This document shows, piece by piece, positions 13,463 to 25,345 of a DNA stretch of 64,000 bases. A program made the position numbers and the translations under genes. Each line of letters starts with the position of its first letter. Positions within the stretch are counted from its first letter, which is position 1. The notes beneath the pieces were generated by a model. It was not told the origin of the DNA and made no database searches. It saw only the letters and a program-made list of their open reading frames with translations. The stretch lies in assembly GCF_006345805.1 (NCBI RefSeq), contig NC_042998.1:155930001-155994000 (forward strand), written 5' to 3'. Origin of the DNA: Octopus sinensis (taxonomy: Eukaryota).

Positions 13463-14298
13463 GTAAGAATTACTGCTACACATCCTGTAAACCATTTCAA
13501 ATATTGAATTTTCTTAGATGTTTTGTCTACACTTCGCTTTTAAGACATTCTCTTTTGTCGTGCACTATCATTCAATAATAATGCATGAGTTTATATTTCA
13601 TTTTTTTATTTTCATCCAAATGATATTCATTCTAAAACTGAGGTGGAAAATATTTGTTCTGGTTTTACCTGACAAATGTGAATTATACAATGTATTTTAT
13701 AAAACTGTTGTTTTTTAAATAACAGTTTTATTGTTGATCAAGAAGACCTATGAATAATAGATGTTCAAACATGACCTTTCCAACTTTTTTCAAGCATAGT
13801 ATATCATAGGACACACAACAGTGTGTCCTATTTGTAAAACAATAGGGTGTGATTTGAAAGAAATTTGACTGTTATTTCTGACAGGTTGAGCAACAACCAA
13901 GAGGCTTCCTTGTTAGGTCCAGAAAGTACATTGGGTAAGAGTGTAAAAAGTAGTTTACTGAAATTTTTATTATGCTCAGTATATCACTTGTTAAATAGTA
14001 AGAGAAGTGTTTATTAAAAGAATAAGTAAGATTTTTAAAAAAACATAACGTTATCTGAAGAGATGTTTACAGAGGAAGGAAGACTATTGGCTTCAAACCA
14101 CAAAACTTAACTTGAAATAAAAGCTAGTAAAAGAATGTAAAAAGCATTTTGCTCTTGTTGCTTAAAATAAAGTTCAATCATATATTTTGATTATAGAGTG
14201 ATGTACAGACAGTTGGGAACGTTATCAGTATCAATGTATTACAATTTGAGTGACATAATGTAGTAAAGTAGATACAAAAGAGAGTTTATAAAACACAG

Positions 14299-14349
<51 letters not shown>

Positions 14350-14350
<1 letters not shown>

Positions 14351-14612
14351 GAATTTAAATATCATGGCCAGTCATAAAGTGACCATTGGTTTTGCACCTA
14401 TTGGTTTTGCAACTTGTCAGACTCAAATGGCCAAAGGCGTTAAGCCCTTTCAGCACATTTGAGTCTGATGAGTTGCCTATACTGCTAAGCACTTTATTGG
14501 TGTGAAACCAATGATCACTCTATGACTGGCCATAACATTTGAATTCCTAAAAACACATTACTACTCTAATTCTTTAGAGTGTGCTTTTTTGGGATATATG
14601 AACTATTGACAA
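14350..14612. mobile_element. Inverted pair of Penelope-like pseudo-LTR ends with no coding body
   Basis: 14351-14428 is an imperfect inverted copy of 14457-14546; 14461-14612 is homologous to the 3' end of the PLE at 37864-38013; flanked by (TA)n and (TG)n. Confidence 0.7.
14461..14520 (+). ncRNA. Type I hammerhead ribozyme motif (degenerate)
   Basis: GAGU-CUGAUGAG...GUGAAAC-CAAUGAUC-ACUC; stem I GAGU/ACUC. The inverted copy keeps ACC-AAU-GGU-C for stem III and the cleavage triplet. Confidence 0.55.
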
Positions 14613-14618
14613 TATGTA

Positions 14619-14653
<35 letters not shown>

Positions 14654-14655
<2 letters not shown>

Positions 14656-14877
14656 AATTGCAGCATGGAAGATGTTTGTAAGCCATGTGTCAAAATATTT
14701 TCAGCGCTTTCAAACCACGGCCTGTTCACTGACAGAACTTCATGCTGCATGAAGTTTTGTCACGGTTTCAAAACGATGAAAATATTTTGACACAAATTAA
14801 ATTTAAATGTTGAAGTGCAACTAACAGTTTTTGTGTGTTCTTAAATGGCTTACAAACATCTTCCATGCTGCAATTGT
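14654..14877. repeat. Nested inverted repeat (hairpin element)
   Basis: Outer 33-bp arms acaattgcagcatggaagatgtttgtaagccat and its reverse complement; inner arms tgtgtcaaaatattttca; central tgacagaacttcatgc/gcatgaagttttgtca. Confidence 0.8.
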
Positions 14878-14959
14878 TTTTGTTTCAGCACACAATCTCA
14901 GATTAAGTCACTTGCTATGCAAGTACATCTTCATAGATATATATATGCAGAGGACATAA

Positions 14960-15330
14960 AGAAGATTGGAAAGATATCAAGTGAGTATGCTCCATGGGAT
15001 GTGCAATGTAAGTGTGCATGAATAACATACTACAAATCTGCTAAGAGAAAAGCTGGGCATAAGAGATGTAGTGTAAAAGAAGACTGTGTTGGTAAGGACA
15101 TGTAATGCACATGGATGAGGACAGATGTATAAAATAGTACTGATCACTAGATGTGCATGGAGTCTGTGGACAAAGAGGACTCAGGAAGACATGGGATGAA
15201 GTAGTGAAGGCTGACCTCAGGACACTGAGTCACAAAGATGAAATGATAATGGGCCAGGATGTCTGGCAATGCAAGATTCTTGAGAAGACCTGCCCATCGT
15301 GGTAAAACCGACTTCTGGAAGCATTGCATG
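14960..15330 (+). mobile_element. RTE LINE 3' end remnant
   Basis: Similar to the RTE C-terminus and tail seen at 1300-1600 and, reversed, at 19500-19800. Confidence 0.55.
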
Positions 15331-15384
15331 TGTATATATTGTATATGTATGTGTGTGTGTATATTTTTTATCTTTATTTTTTAC

Positions 15385-15566
15385 TTGCTTCAGTCATTAG
15401 ACTGTGGCCATACTGAGGCGCTGCCTTGAAGAATTTTTAGTTAAACGAATTGGGCCTAGTACTTTTTTTAAAAGCCTGTTACTTATTCTATCATTCACTT
15501 TTGCCAGACTGTCAAACAAACTGTAAACAAATCAACAGCAGTTGTCAAGCAATGTTGGGACACAAA

Positions 15567-15568
<2 letters not shown>
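15385..15568 (+). mobile_element. SINE-like repeat (cagtcattagactgtggccat..cactgccttgaag family)
   Basis: Same head recurs near 30820, 38085, 42310, 51060, 54185 and 59228, usually followed by a (CA)n tract. Confidence 0.65.
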
Positions 15569-15604
<36 letters not shown>

Positions 15605-15757
15605 CACACACACACACATGCACACACACACACATGCACACACACGTGCGTGCACACACACATGCATGCACACACACATGTGCATGCACACACACATGCA
15701 TGCACACACATATACATGCATGCACATGCACACACACATACGCACACACACACACAC
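15569..15757. repeat. (CA)n / CATG-interrupted microsatellite
   Basis: Directly visible; source of the HT/CV low-complexity ORFs. Confidence 0.95.
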
Positions 15758-16459
15758 AAAATGGTCATAGCAAGAAAATCTTCAAAACTCAGCAGCTCAG
15801 ATATACAAGCCAGTAGTCTATATAGATAATTCAGGTTGTAACAACAGCTAGTCTCCATAGAGGCAGTTCTGTAAAGTCTTATCCTAGCCTCAATGTGTAA
15901 CAACAGCACCAACACACACACACACACATTATATGTGCTGACAGGTGAGGGTCAGCAAAATTGGTTTCAATGAATTCCATCTGGCCAATATAAGTAAGAT
16001 GATAATAATGAGAATGATGAGTGTGTGTGTATGTGTGTGTGTGTGAGGGAGAGAAAGAATGAGAGGAAAAGGGAGGGAGATAGAAGGTAGGGAGGGAGAG
16101 AGAAAGAGAGAGAGAGATAATGAAAACTTAAGGAAATTGCATAATCTGACTAAAGAGGTTAAGGAGAAATTGGGAATCCTTGTTCACGCAAACAAAACTG
16201 TTAACCTATATAATTTAGGCTTTCAATCTTATAGATCCCTTATTAATAATGAACTACTTAGAGACTAAACTTATATCAAAGTCTAATTCATTTAATATTA
16301 ATATTAATCTATTACATGAGACTCAATGTTTTATATCAAAGGCTCACAGTGAACTGCTACCAACATGAACTGCCAATCGCTCACAGCTCTTTAATTTATA
16401 ACAATGAATCAGTCCACCTTTAGTCATTTGGTGGGGGTCAGAATCTTTTTTAGAAACTC

Positions 16460-17985
16460 CCCTTTTTAAAATCAGTCTCCCCTATCTTCTTTTTTGAGAA
16501 CAGAATTCCACTCCAAGTTTTAATATCTCTTACATTTAGGGTTCAATTCCAGTGTTCTGTTCTTTTCAATTTTCTGGTGTTAGAACGTGTAGTTTCAAAT
16601 TGTTTTGATGTTGGTATCTCAAATGGGTCATACAATATTTCCATAGGGATTTCATTTCTTGTGACTATTTTTTCTATGAATTTTTGCTTAAGCTGGTTAA
16701 TATGTCTTTTGCATTTGATATTTTTTCCTTTTACCAGGAATGTCATTCTTCCAAATTGTTTAATTATTATACTGTCCTCCCAGCTTTCTTTACAAATAAC
16801 TTTGTCATCTAACTTGAAAAATTTTGAAGTACTTTTATTGTTTGCCTTTTTTTTTATTTTCACTCGGTATCAGCCAATCTAAAACAGATCTGATCTTTCT
16901 AGCAAACATCAATTCTGCGGGTGACATTCCTGAGAGAGTATTTAGATTAGGTGTCACCTGGTACACTCTTAGAAATTGTTTGAGTGCAAAATAGTCCATC
17001 ACTTCATTGTTTGCCATTTTCAATGCCCTCTTGAAAGTATCAACAAAATGCTTCACTTGTCCATTTGACCTAGGATGATAAGGCGGAGTGGTGACATGGA
17101 TGGCAAACATTTTACAAAATTTTCTGAACTTGTCTGTTGTAAATTGAGTTCCATTATCAGACACAAAGGTATCTGGAATACCATACTTGGCGAATAATTC
17201 ATGTTAAAAACTTATTGTAACCACAGATGTTGGCTTTTTACATTTATGCACTTCTGGTCACTTTGAAAAACTGTCCACCACAACAAGGTAATATGAATCC
17301 TTAAGTGGACCTGTGTAATCAATATGCTGTTTGGCCCATGGAACATCTGTTTTTGGCCATGGTTGCCATTTAGTGATTTTACAGCTAAGGCACACCCTCT
17401 GCATGATTACACAGATTCTTCAATGTCACGGTCCGTTGTTGGCCAATATAGGTAACTCCTCATTAACGATTTCATTCTCAAAATCCCTGGGTGACCAATT
17501 TGAAATTCCTTTAATAATCACTTTTGTAGTGTGGCTGGCACTATGACTCTTTGTGCACACATCAAAATATTGTCACACAGTGAGAAATGGTTCATATTTG
17601 TGTTGGCATATTTTTATCACTTTTAGCCTTCAGTATTTCCTTCATTTTTATAATGAATTTATTGTTTTCTGATTTTAATTTTATGTCTTGTAAGGTAACT
17701 GGTAGTCCATGAATGATGTTACATGAAACATTTTCAATTTCATTTTCCGCTCACAAGTGGCAATCATGGTATCATCAAATCATTCTGCATTTTTTTAAAT
17801 CAGTCTTCACAAACAATCTGCATGACCTAATTTCTTGGATGGTATATACTCTATCTTGAAATCATAGTTTAATAATATCATAGCCCAACATTGCAATCTA
17901 TTAGAAGTATGGGTAGGAATTCCTTTTTTTAACCCAAATATTAATGATAATGGATGGTGATCAATCTGTAGGTGAAAAGTACCAT
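16460..17985 (-). mobile_element. Second Ty3/Gypsy pol remnant (end of RNase H, integrase)
   Basis: VSDNGTQFTT..F..FCK, TTPPYHPRSNGQV..FVDTFKRAL, GMSPAELMFARKIRS, HIDYTGPL, LVVVDSFSK; stops and frameshifts; purine tract at about 16455-16466. Confidence 0.9.
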
Positions 17986-18875
17986 ATTTTTCTTAAACAA
18001 CATAAAAATAGAGTATAGGACATACAATACAAGGAAAATTCCCCTTCTTCAGTCGCCTTTGTTTCATCTACTCCGCGTTTCGAAGGTAAAGGCGAGACAT
18101 GACTTTAATGAAACATTCCTTCCCGCGAAAAGCAAATTAAATAAAATTTGAGATTTTTTTGTGGAGGGGTAAAAATGGTAACAAAAACAGGGCAGTAAAG
18201 ACAGTACAAAATATAAACAGTAAAAGACAGGACAAGGAGAATAACAGTAACACAAACATGGAGAGCTGTTAAGCCAGAACGAAAGAAAAAATATTTTTTG
18301 AGTGCTTTTTGAGGACGGCAAAAGAGAGACAGGAAAGTCGTTCACACTTGAAGAAGCCAGGTCAGAAAGACAGTAGTAGCCTCGTTGCGGGTCAACGATG
18401 GGAGGGAGGAGGAGGAGTAAGAGAAAGGGGGAGAAAAAAAGGGAATGGTTGTAGAGAAAACCAGAAAGAATGAAGAATGAGAGAGAGAGGAACAGTATGG
18501 TAGAAGAAAAGGAAACCAGAAAGAATGAAGGATGAGAGAAGGAGCGGGACAGAAAGGTTAAGAGTGTGCATCATTATTAATATTAAGATAAAACTTACTT
18601 AGAAATGGATGCGTGCGTTCCGTCATATAATAACAAATTAATAAATAAAACATGCATATATACATACATATATATATGTACCTACATCTACATGTATATA
18701 TATATATATACATAAGTAAGTTTTATCTTAATATTAATAATGATGTGCACTCTTAGCCTTTCTGTCCCCCTCCCTCTCTCATCCTTCATTCTTTCTGGTT
18801 TCCTTTTCTTCTACCTTACTGTCCCTCTCTCTCTCTCATTCTTCATTCTTTCTGGTTTTCTCTACAACCATTCCA
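17986..18875 (-). mobile_element. Non-coding repeat family 1 (about 820-bp unit, PLE pLTR/retrozyme-like) plus a short inverted partial copy at 18713-18875
   Basis: Highly similar to 43711-44530; abuts the Gypsy remnant; contains the permuted hammerhead motif at 18041-18114. Confidence 0.8.
18041..18114 (-). ncRNA. Putative non-circularly permuted hammerhead ribozyme (family 1, copy A)
   Basis: GUUUCAU-UAAAGU-CAUGUC-UCGCCUUU-ACCUUC-GAAACGCG-GAGUAG-AUGAAAC-AAAGGCGA-CUGAAGA-AGGGG. Confidence 0.55.
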
Positions 18876-19897
18876 AATGGCTGCACCAGGCTTCAATCTT
18901 GATCTAGCAGAGTTTCTACAGCTGGATGCCCTTCCTAACACCAACCACTCCAAGAGTGTAGTGGGTGCTTTTTACATGCCACCGGCACGGGGCCAGTCAG
19001 ATGGTACTGGCAACGACCTCGCTCGAATGTTTTACACATGCCACCGGCACAGGTGCCAGTAAGGCGATGCTGGTAACGAACCCGCTTGAATGGTGTCTTT
19101 TACGTGCTACCGGTACGGAGGCCAGATAACCGCTCTAGCAATGATCACGTTCAGATGGTGCTCTTAATACTCTACTAGCACGGGGCTCAAATGCCAGTAA
19201 GGTGACGCTGGTAACAATCACGCTCGAATGGTGCCTTTTAAGTGCCACTAGCATGGAAGCCTGTTAACCGCTCTATCAATGATCACACTCGTATGGTGCT
19301 CTTTGCACCCTGCTTGCACGGACGCCAGTCATCGAATTTGATTTTGATTTTGATTTTGATTTTGATTTCACTTGCCTCATCAGGTTTTCGCAAGCAGAGT
19401 TTTAGTGTCCAAAGAAGGAAAAGGTACGCATAAGTGAGTTGGTTACGCCCCTGGCATAGGCCACAAGATTATGGTCTCATTTGGCTTGCCGGGTCTTCTC
19501 ACGCACAGCATATTTCCAAAAATCTCAGTCACTAGTCATTTCCTTGGTGAGGCCGAAAGTTCGAAGGTCGTGCTTCACCACTTCATCCCAGGTTTACCTC
19601 TTCCACAGGTTCCCTCAACCGCTAGGGTGTGGCACTTTTTAACACAGCTGTCCTCATCCATTCTCGCCACATGACCATACCAGCGCAGTCGTCTCTCTTG
19701 CACACTTTATCTGATGCTTCTTTGATCCAACATTTCTCTCAAGGTACTTACACTCTGTCGAGTATGCACACTGACATTACACATCCATCGGATCATACTG
19801 GCTTCATTCCTTGCGAGCTTATGCATGTCCTCAGCAGTCACAACCCATGTTTCACTGCCATGTAGCATGGCTGTTCGTACACATGCGTCATACAGTA
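18876..19897 (-). mobile_element. RTE LINE 3' end with 3' UTR containing imperfect tandem subrepeats
   Basis: ORF piece LYDACVRTAMLHGSETWVVTAEDMHKLARNEASMIRWMCNV; repeated ttttacatgccaccggcac units at 18965-19320. Confidence 0.88.
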
Positions 19898-20269
19898 CAC
19901 AGAAAATCATATGCTCCATTAAAAGTGCCTACATGAGTGTACAGGAGTGTATGGATGTATGTATATGGATAACAGTGTCTATCTTTGAGAGATTAAATAT
20001 TTAGTAATGATTGTGTGTATGTGGACATATATAGATATGTATAATCATGTTGGTGTGTGTACCTGTATGTGAGTCAGTATGTAATTCCTGCTTCATATAC
20101 TGAAATTCCTACTTCATATACTTCAAATAGTATAAACTACCTGCCCGGAACATTAAAAAAAAGAAAGAAAATCAGAGAAACTCAACCTAATGTACGTATC
20201 AACAGTCCAAGGGACTTAACCTAGCTTTCGATAAACGTGAATTACTACCCGTCTTACATTTTTACTTAC

Positions 20270-20353
20270 CCTCGTAAATTCTATGCATCATGGCAAATTC
20301 TTGAAAATTACTGGCAACTATTGTTATTTTTGATTTCCACTGCCTAATGAATG
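20270..20353 (-). CDS. Weak candidate exon (84 nt, phase 1-1; xFIRQWKSKITIVASNFQEFAMMHRIYE)
   Basis: Minus-strand acceptor ttttcttgttAG, one open frame, donor AGG|GTAAGT; no protein family recognised. Confidence 0.25.
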
Positions 20354-20419
20354 CTAACAAGAAAACCAAGCTTCATTTATTCAAACCATAATAAGTTTCT
20401 TTTACTGAATTTAAGGTTA

Positions 20420-21900
20420 CTTTGCAGGTTTTGCTTCCAAGTTTGGACTTTCTTCTCTACAGATTTGGCTATGCAGATTAAGTTATCAGCTTACAGAAGT
20501 TTCTACAGATAACTGGTTTTAAACTCCTCTGTTACAGCCTGTAGAACTATAATGAGCAGGGTGGGACTGAGGACTGAGTCCTGATGCACCCCTACTTGGA
20601 CGCTAAATTTGTTATTAAACTTATTGCTAACTCTCACTTTGCTAACAGCACCTCTGTACAGCCCTCACAAACTATTCCTTTGCCCTTAACTTCCCTAGTG
20701 ACCACCAGATTGTAGAGCATGGAAACTATCGGTTGACATATGCCATAGTCCCTCTTCCTAGTACAAAGCCACATTACTTTTCATCTGGACAAATTATTCT
20801 ATTAGTCAATTGTACAATATTGTTTTTCTTAACTTTCATGACTTCATCCAATAATTTAATGTCTGTAATATCATCTCTAGTGCAGCTCATTTGCCCTTGT
20901 AACTGCTGCTGTGCTATGCCAATTGTTAGGTATGATAATTTTCTCTATTACTGGACTCTGTATGCCCTGCTCTGCTTTTTTGACTTTCATGTCCTTGCTT
21001 GAGTTTGCTATAAAACTGCTGTCAACTAGAATGGATTGTTTCTCTACAGAGTTATTTCTCTCATGCATTTTCCTCATTCAACAACCTTTCATAATATCCT
21101 TGCTGAGCATACCTGATGAGAAGCTTCTCTTCTGGTTATTTGCTATTGCTTATTGCTGTTTCTTTTCTTCCAGTCTTCCTAAACTTGTTTCTTAGCCTTT
21201 ATAGCTCTATCTATAGAACTATTCCACCACTACCTCACCAGTTTTCAGGCTGGGATCTTGCACCAGTCACATTTCAGTGCTGTCACCTTCAAACTGGAAA
21301 TCCCAGTTGTGTTCTATGTTATAGGTTTTTATCATCCCTTTGAATGTGTCATTTAGTATTTCTCTGAGCTTTCAACTCCTATGTCCTCCTTCTCCAGATT
21401 GTCTTCTGTTTCTGGGTTTGACAAACTCTCACTCTTAAGTTACTAAACATTAATTTGTGTGGTAAAGTTTTCACCAAGAAAAAGACTTAGTAATCACAAC
21501 CAACTGTCTGTTTTGTTTCATTTAGAGAGTAAAAAATCTGGCTACTGCATTCATGTAATTGATTGTTGATCATGTCTCCTGAAGCCAGTGTGGCAGATGG
21601 TTAAGTCATTTGTGTCACAGAACTCCAGAGGCTTGATCCTCCTCATTTTGTGTACCATAACCATAACCTGCAAATAAACAGGAGAAACTATCATAATGCT
21701 GTTCAATATGTCCATTAAAGAATGAGTTTGCTATTATTTATTTTGGCAGTAGTCTTGAAAGCAGTGTTGTTCATCTGCTTATGCAGTGATAAATGTTGCT
21801 CCTATTTGTTCAAGACTTGTCCAAACATATTTTGCTCACTAAATCTCATTTACCTTGTCTATCCATTTGTTTGTGTGGAAGCTAGGCAAGTATCTTTTGG
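20420..21900 (-). mobile_element. RTE LINE remnant (endonuclease end to RT), heavily decayed
   Basis: Reverse complement aligns piecewise with 60690-62170 (GVHQDSVLSP, LQAVTEEFKT). Confidence 0.75.
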
Positions 21901-21968
21901 TACATCCTTGGACTGATCAAAGTCTTGTAAGTGGATTTGGTAGATAAAATCTGAGAAGCTGGCATGTA

Positions 21969-22019
<51 letters not shown>

Positions 22020-22859
22020 ATGTATATGTGCGCGCTGAAAAACTGGGCATGAACTTTGAAAATTTACAGAACAGGGCAATAAAAAAAAAGTGCTTTTTTT
22101 TTCAGGACGAATCAAAAGAACAGAGACAGAAGATTTTATTTTTCAAATGAGAGTCTTCATAGAAAACCAGGAAAGAAGAAAAGAAAAGCATAAATGAATA
22201 CACATTGCAAAACAAGATGATAAAATAAAATATAAACAAATGAATTTCCTTCAACTAAATATTTTTTATGATTTCAAACACCTTGGTATTTGAAATCACC
22301 ATGGTATTACAATGTTTAGTAGTATTTGATAGTTTTGACTTGAAACTATCAGGGATAAATATTATAAAAGATGAAAAAATAAACAATATCAGCACATAAT
22401 AAGTGAATAGTCTTAATTGTTAACAATTTTATGACTCAAATGGAACAAAAGTTAATGTGAAGAGAAAAATATATGAAGTGCAACCATTTCACTGGTCAAA
22501 TAAAAAATAACAGAGTGCAGAGAATGGTTTGGCAGGCAAAAAATTAAAACCATGTACACCCACATACATACAATGTGCACATGCATGCATGCACGCACAC
22601 GCACACACACGCATGCACACACACACACACAAATATTTGAATATATGTGGTAAAATTTCAACAATGATTACTAGTGACTAGACTTACTGCAGAGATTTCA
22701 GTTTCTATGTAACAAGAAACTACACACTAATTAATTTGGGAAATTAATGTTATAATTGTAAATCTACTCCTGTATGTTATCTCATTAAAATAAGTTAAAT
22801 AAGAAACTGGACACTTGGATACCACTTTTACCATAATCAGGCTCACTAATTCAACCTTC

Positions 22860-24650
22860 ATCATCATCATCATCATTTAATGTCTGTTGTCCATGCTGGC
22901 ATGGGTTGGACGGTTTGATCAGGGCTGGCAAGTCAAAAGGCTGCACAAGACTCCAGTCTAATTTGGCATGGTTTCTACAGCTGGATGCTCTTCCTAATGC
23001 CAGCCACTCCAAGATTGTAATGGGTACTTTTACATGCCACTGGCACAGGTGCCATTAGCATGACACCAGTATCTGCTGCAACTATGATTTTACTTGGCTT
23101 GATGGGTCTTCATCTCAAACATGGCATAATGCCAAAGGGTTGAGTCATTTGTCATTGCCTCCATGAGGCCCAACACTTGAAAGGTGCTTTTCATATGACA
23201 CTGGCATTGGCCACCTTCCCTCCATGAGGCCCAGTGCTCGAAAGGTGCTTTTTATGTGCCACTGGCATGGGTGCCAGTTACATGATACCAGCATCGACCA
23301 CAATTTCACTTGGCTTGATGGGTCTTCTCAAGCACAGCATACTGCCAAAGTTTGAGGATCATGCTTCACCACCTTGTCCTGTGTCTTCCTGGGTCTGCCT
23401 CTTCCACAGATTCCCTCCATAGTTAAAGATTGGCACTTCTTTACACAGCTGTCCTTATCCATATACATCACATGACCATACCAGTTGTCTCTCTTACTCA
23501 CCAGATCTGATGCCTCTTATGCCCAACTTTTCCCTCAAGATGTTTAAACTCTGTCATACATGCACATTGATATTGAATATTCAGCGAAGCATACTGGCTT
23601 AATTTCTTTCAAGCTATGCATGTCCCAGGCTGTCACAGCCCATGTTTCACAGCCATGTAGCTTAGCTGTTCATACACAGGCATCATACAATCTGCCTTTC
23701 ACTCTGAGCGAAAGGTCCTTTGTTGCCAGCTCTCTGAATTTTGCCCAGCCTATTCTTATTTTCACAGCTACACTCTTAGAGCATCCACCTCTGCCACTAA
23801 CTGCATCTCATTTAGACTAACTCTCTCCCTAATTAGTTGGGCTAAGACCCTCTCCATAACTTTCATCACCTGATCTAACAATTTGATACCTCTATAATTA
23901 TTTCTGTCTAAGGCAAAGCATTTATCTTTGTAGCAGTTGACTATGGTGCTGCTACACCAGTCATTAGGTATGACTGCTTTGTGTACTACCTGATTTACAA
24001 TATGGATGACTAGACTGTAACCTACACCACCAGATATTTTAAGCCTCTCCGCGGTGATCCCTGATGGGCCAGGGGCTTTCCCTGTCTTCATATTCTTAAT
24101 TGCTTTATCTATCAAGGTACTGTTGATTTTGATAGCTGGTCCCTCATTTGGGTCAACAGTTGGCAGACTCTCCTCTTCCCATTCATTCTCCATGCTCAGC
24201 AGTCTTTCATAACAGCATTTTCAAGCCTTCCATTTCCAGAATCATTAAATGCAGTGTACTATGATCCATGCAGTCACATTTCTCTCCTGTGACATCACAA
24301 TTTTCTTTCACACACTCTTGCAATCCAAAACACTTGAAGACTTTGGTTCTCACATCACTGAACAAAGGCAAACTTCTTTTCTGCTTCTCTCCTGGATAGA
24401 TATACCTGTCTCCTAGCTTTCCTTCTGGCTATCCGATACAGTTCCCTGCTACCCCCACTCTTCCAGGCCTGTTTCTTTGCTCAAATGGCCTTGTCTACAG
24501 TATTGTTCCACCACCACATCACCCTCTATCTGAATAGGACTTTGCACCAGCCACAGATTTGGTTTGTGGCACTCAGCAAGCTGTCCCACAGGAATTCCCA
24601 TTTGCCCTCAATGTTATAAGTCTGTAGTTCCTTCTCCTTATCATCATTTT
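22860..24650 (-). mobile_element. RTE LINE with internal deletion and (CAT)n tail
   Basis: ORF 23768-24193 ENEWEEESLP..MKTGKAPGPSGITAE..NYRGIKLLDQVMKVMERV is joined directly to the C-terminal part; 3' UTR as at 18876-19500. Confidence 0.9.
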
Positions 24651-24719
24651 CTTAAAATGATCAATAAATATTAATCCTTCATCAGTAGGAAAGGGTTGCA
24701 TGAATGTGTGCCAAATAGG

Positions 24720-25345
24720 TAGAAAACAAAAAATATCTTTTTTTAAGGGTAATCTTTATACTTATTTTTCTCACAATAAAATTTACAATCTCATTATCAA
24801 AAAGTGACATAAAATATTCACATTCCTTTGCATCTGATATTCCTACATTATTGTTATCAAACAAATGTACAAATGGAGAAAAATTAGCATATTTTTATCC
24901 ATCCAGAGCAAGTTGAAACATCACTCCTCTGCTATCTAGAGCATCATCATCGTTGTCGTCGTCATCATCATTATCAACAACAACAACAACAACTTTATCA
25001 TGATGAAGGAAAGTCAGAAAAAATTTCTTCTTCCATTTCAAACTTGATTTCTCTCATTGATAAGGGCTACTTACGATTAATTATATTTGATGAAGTAGAC
25101 ACTCAGGTGTCAATTGATGATGGTTGAAATATCAATTGATGATATCTGCCATTTAATGGTTAAATATTGTTCTTAAACTGCAAATTCAGAATCAGCCTTA
25201 GCCAAGTAATGGTTGAAGAGTGTTGTCTGTTCATAACAACTAGAATCCTGCTCTGCACAAACAATGATTGAATGATATTTTTCACCTTTTATTTTATCCA
25301 AAATGTAACTCTCATTATAACTTGCACACTTATTGATAAATTCAG
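24720..25345 (-). mobile_element. Probable piggyBac-like transposase 5' remnant
   Basis: Acidic DDDD stretch followed by FSPFVHLFDNNNVGISDAKECEYFMSLFDNEIVNFIVRK, resembling the yFxLFfddeivxxIVxeTN block of piggyBac transposases. Confidence 0.5.

Noticed and set aside
15450-15927. ORFs rich in HT, CV, YI or RE dipeptides (also near 33100, 40160, 41700, 43450, 45200, 48400, 50700 and 59330)
   Set aside because: They are translations of (CA)n, (TA)n and (GA)n microsatellites.
18965-19320. Repeat-spacer-like array resembling CRISPR
   Set aside because: Repeats are degenerate and unevenly spaced, the spacers resemble each other, the block recurs at about 23030-23280 in another RTE 3' UTR, and there are no cas genes in this eukaryotic context.
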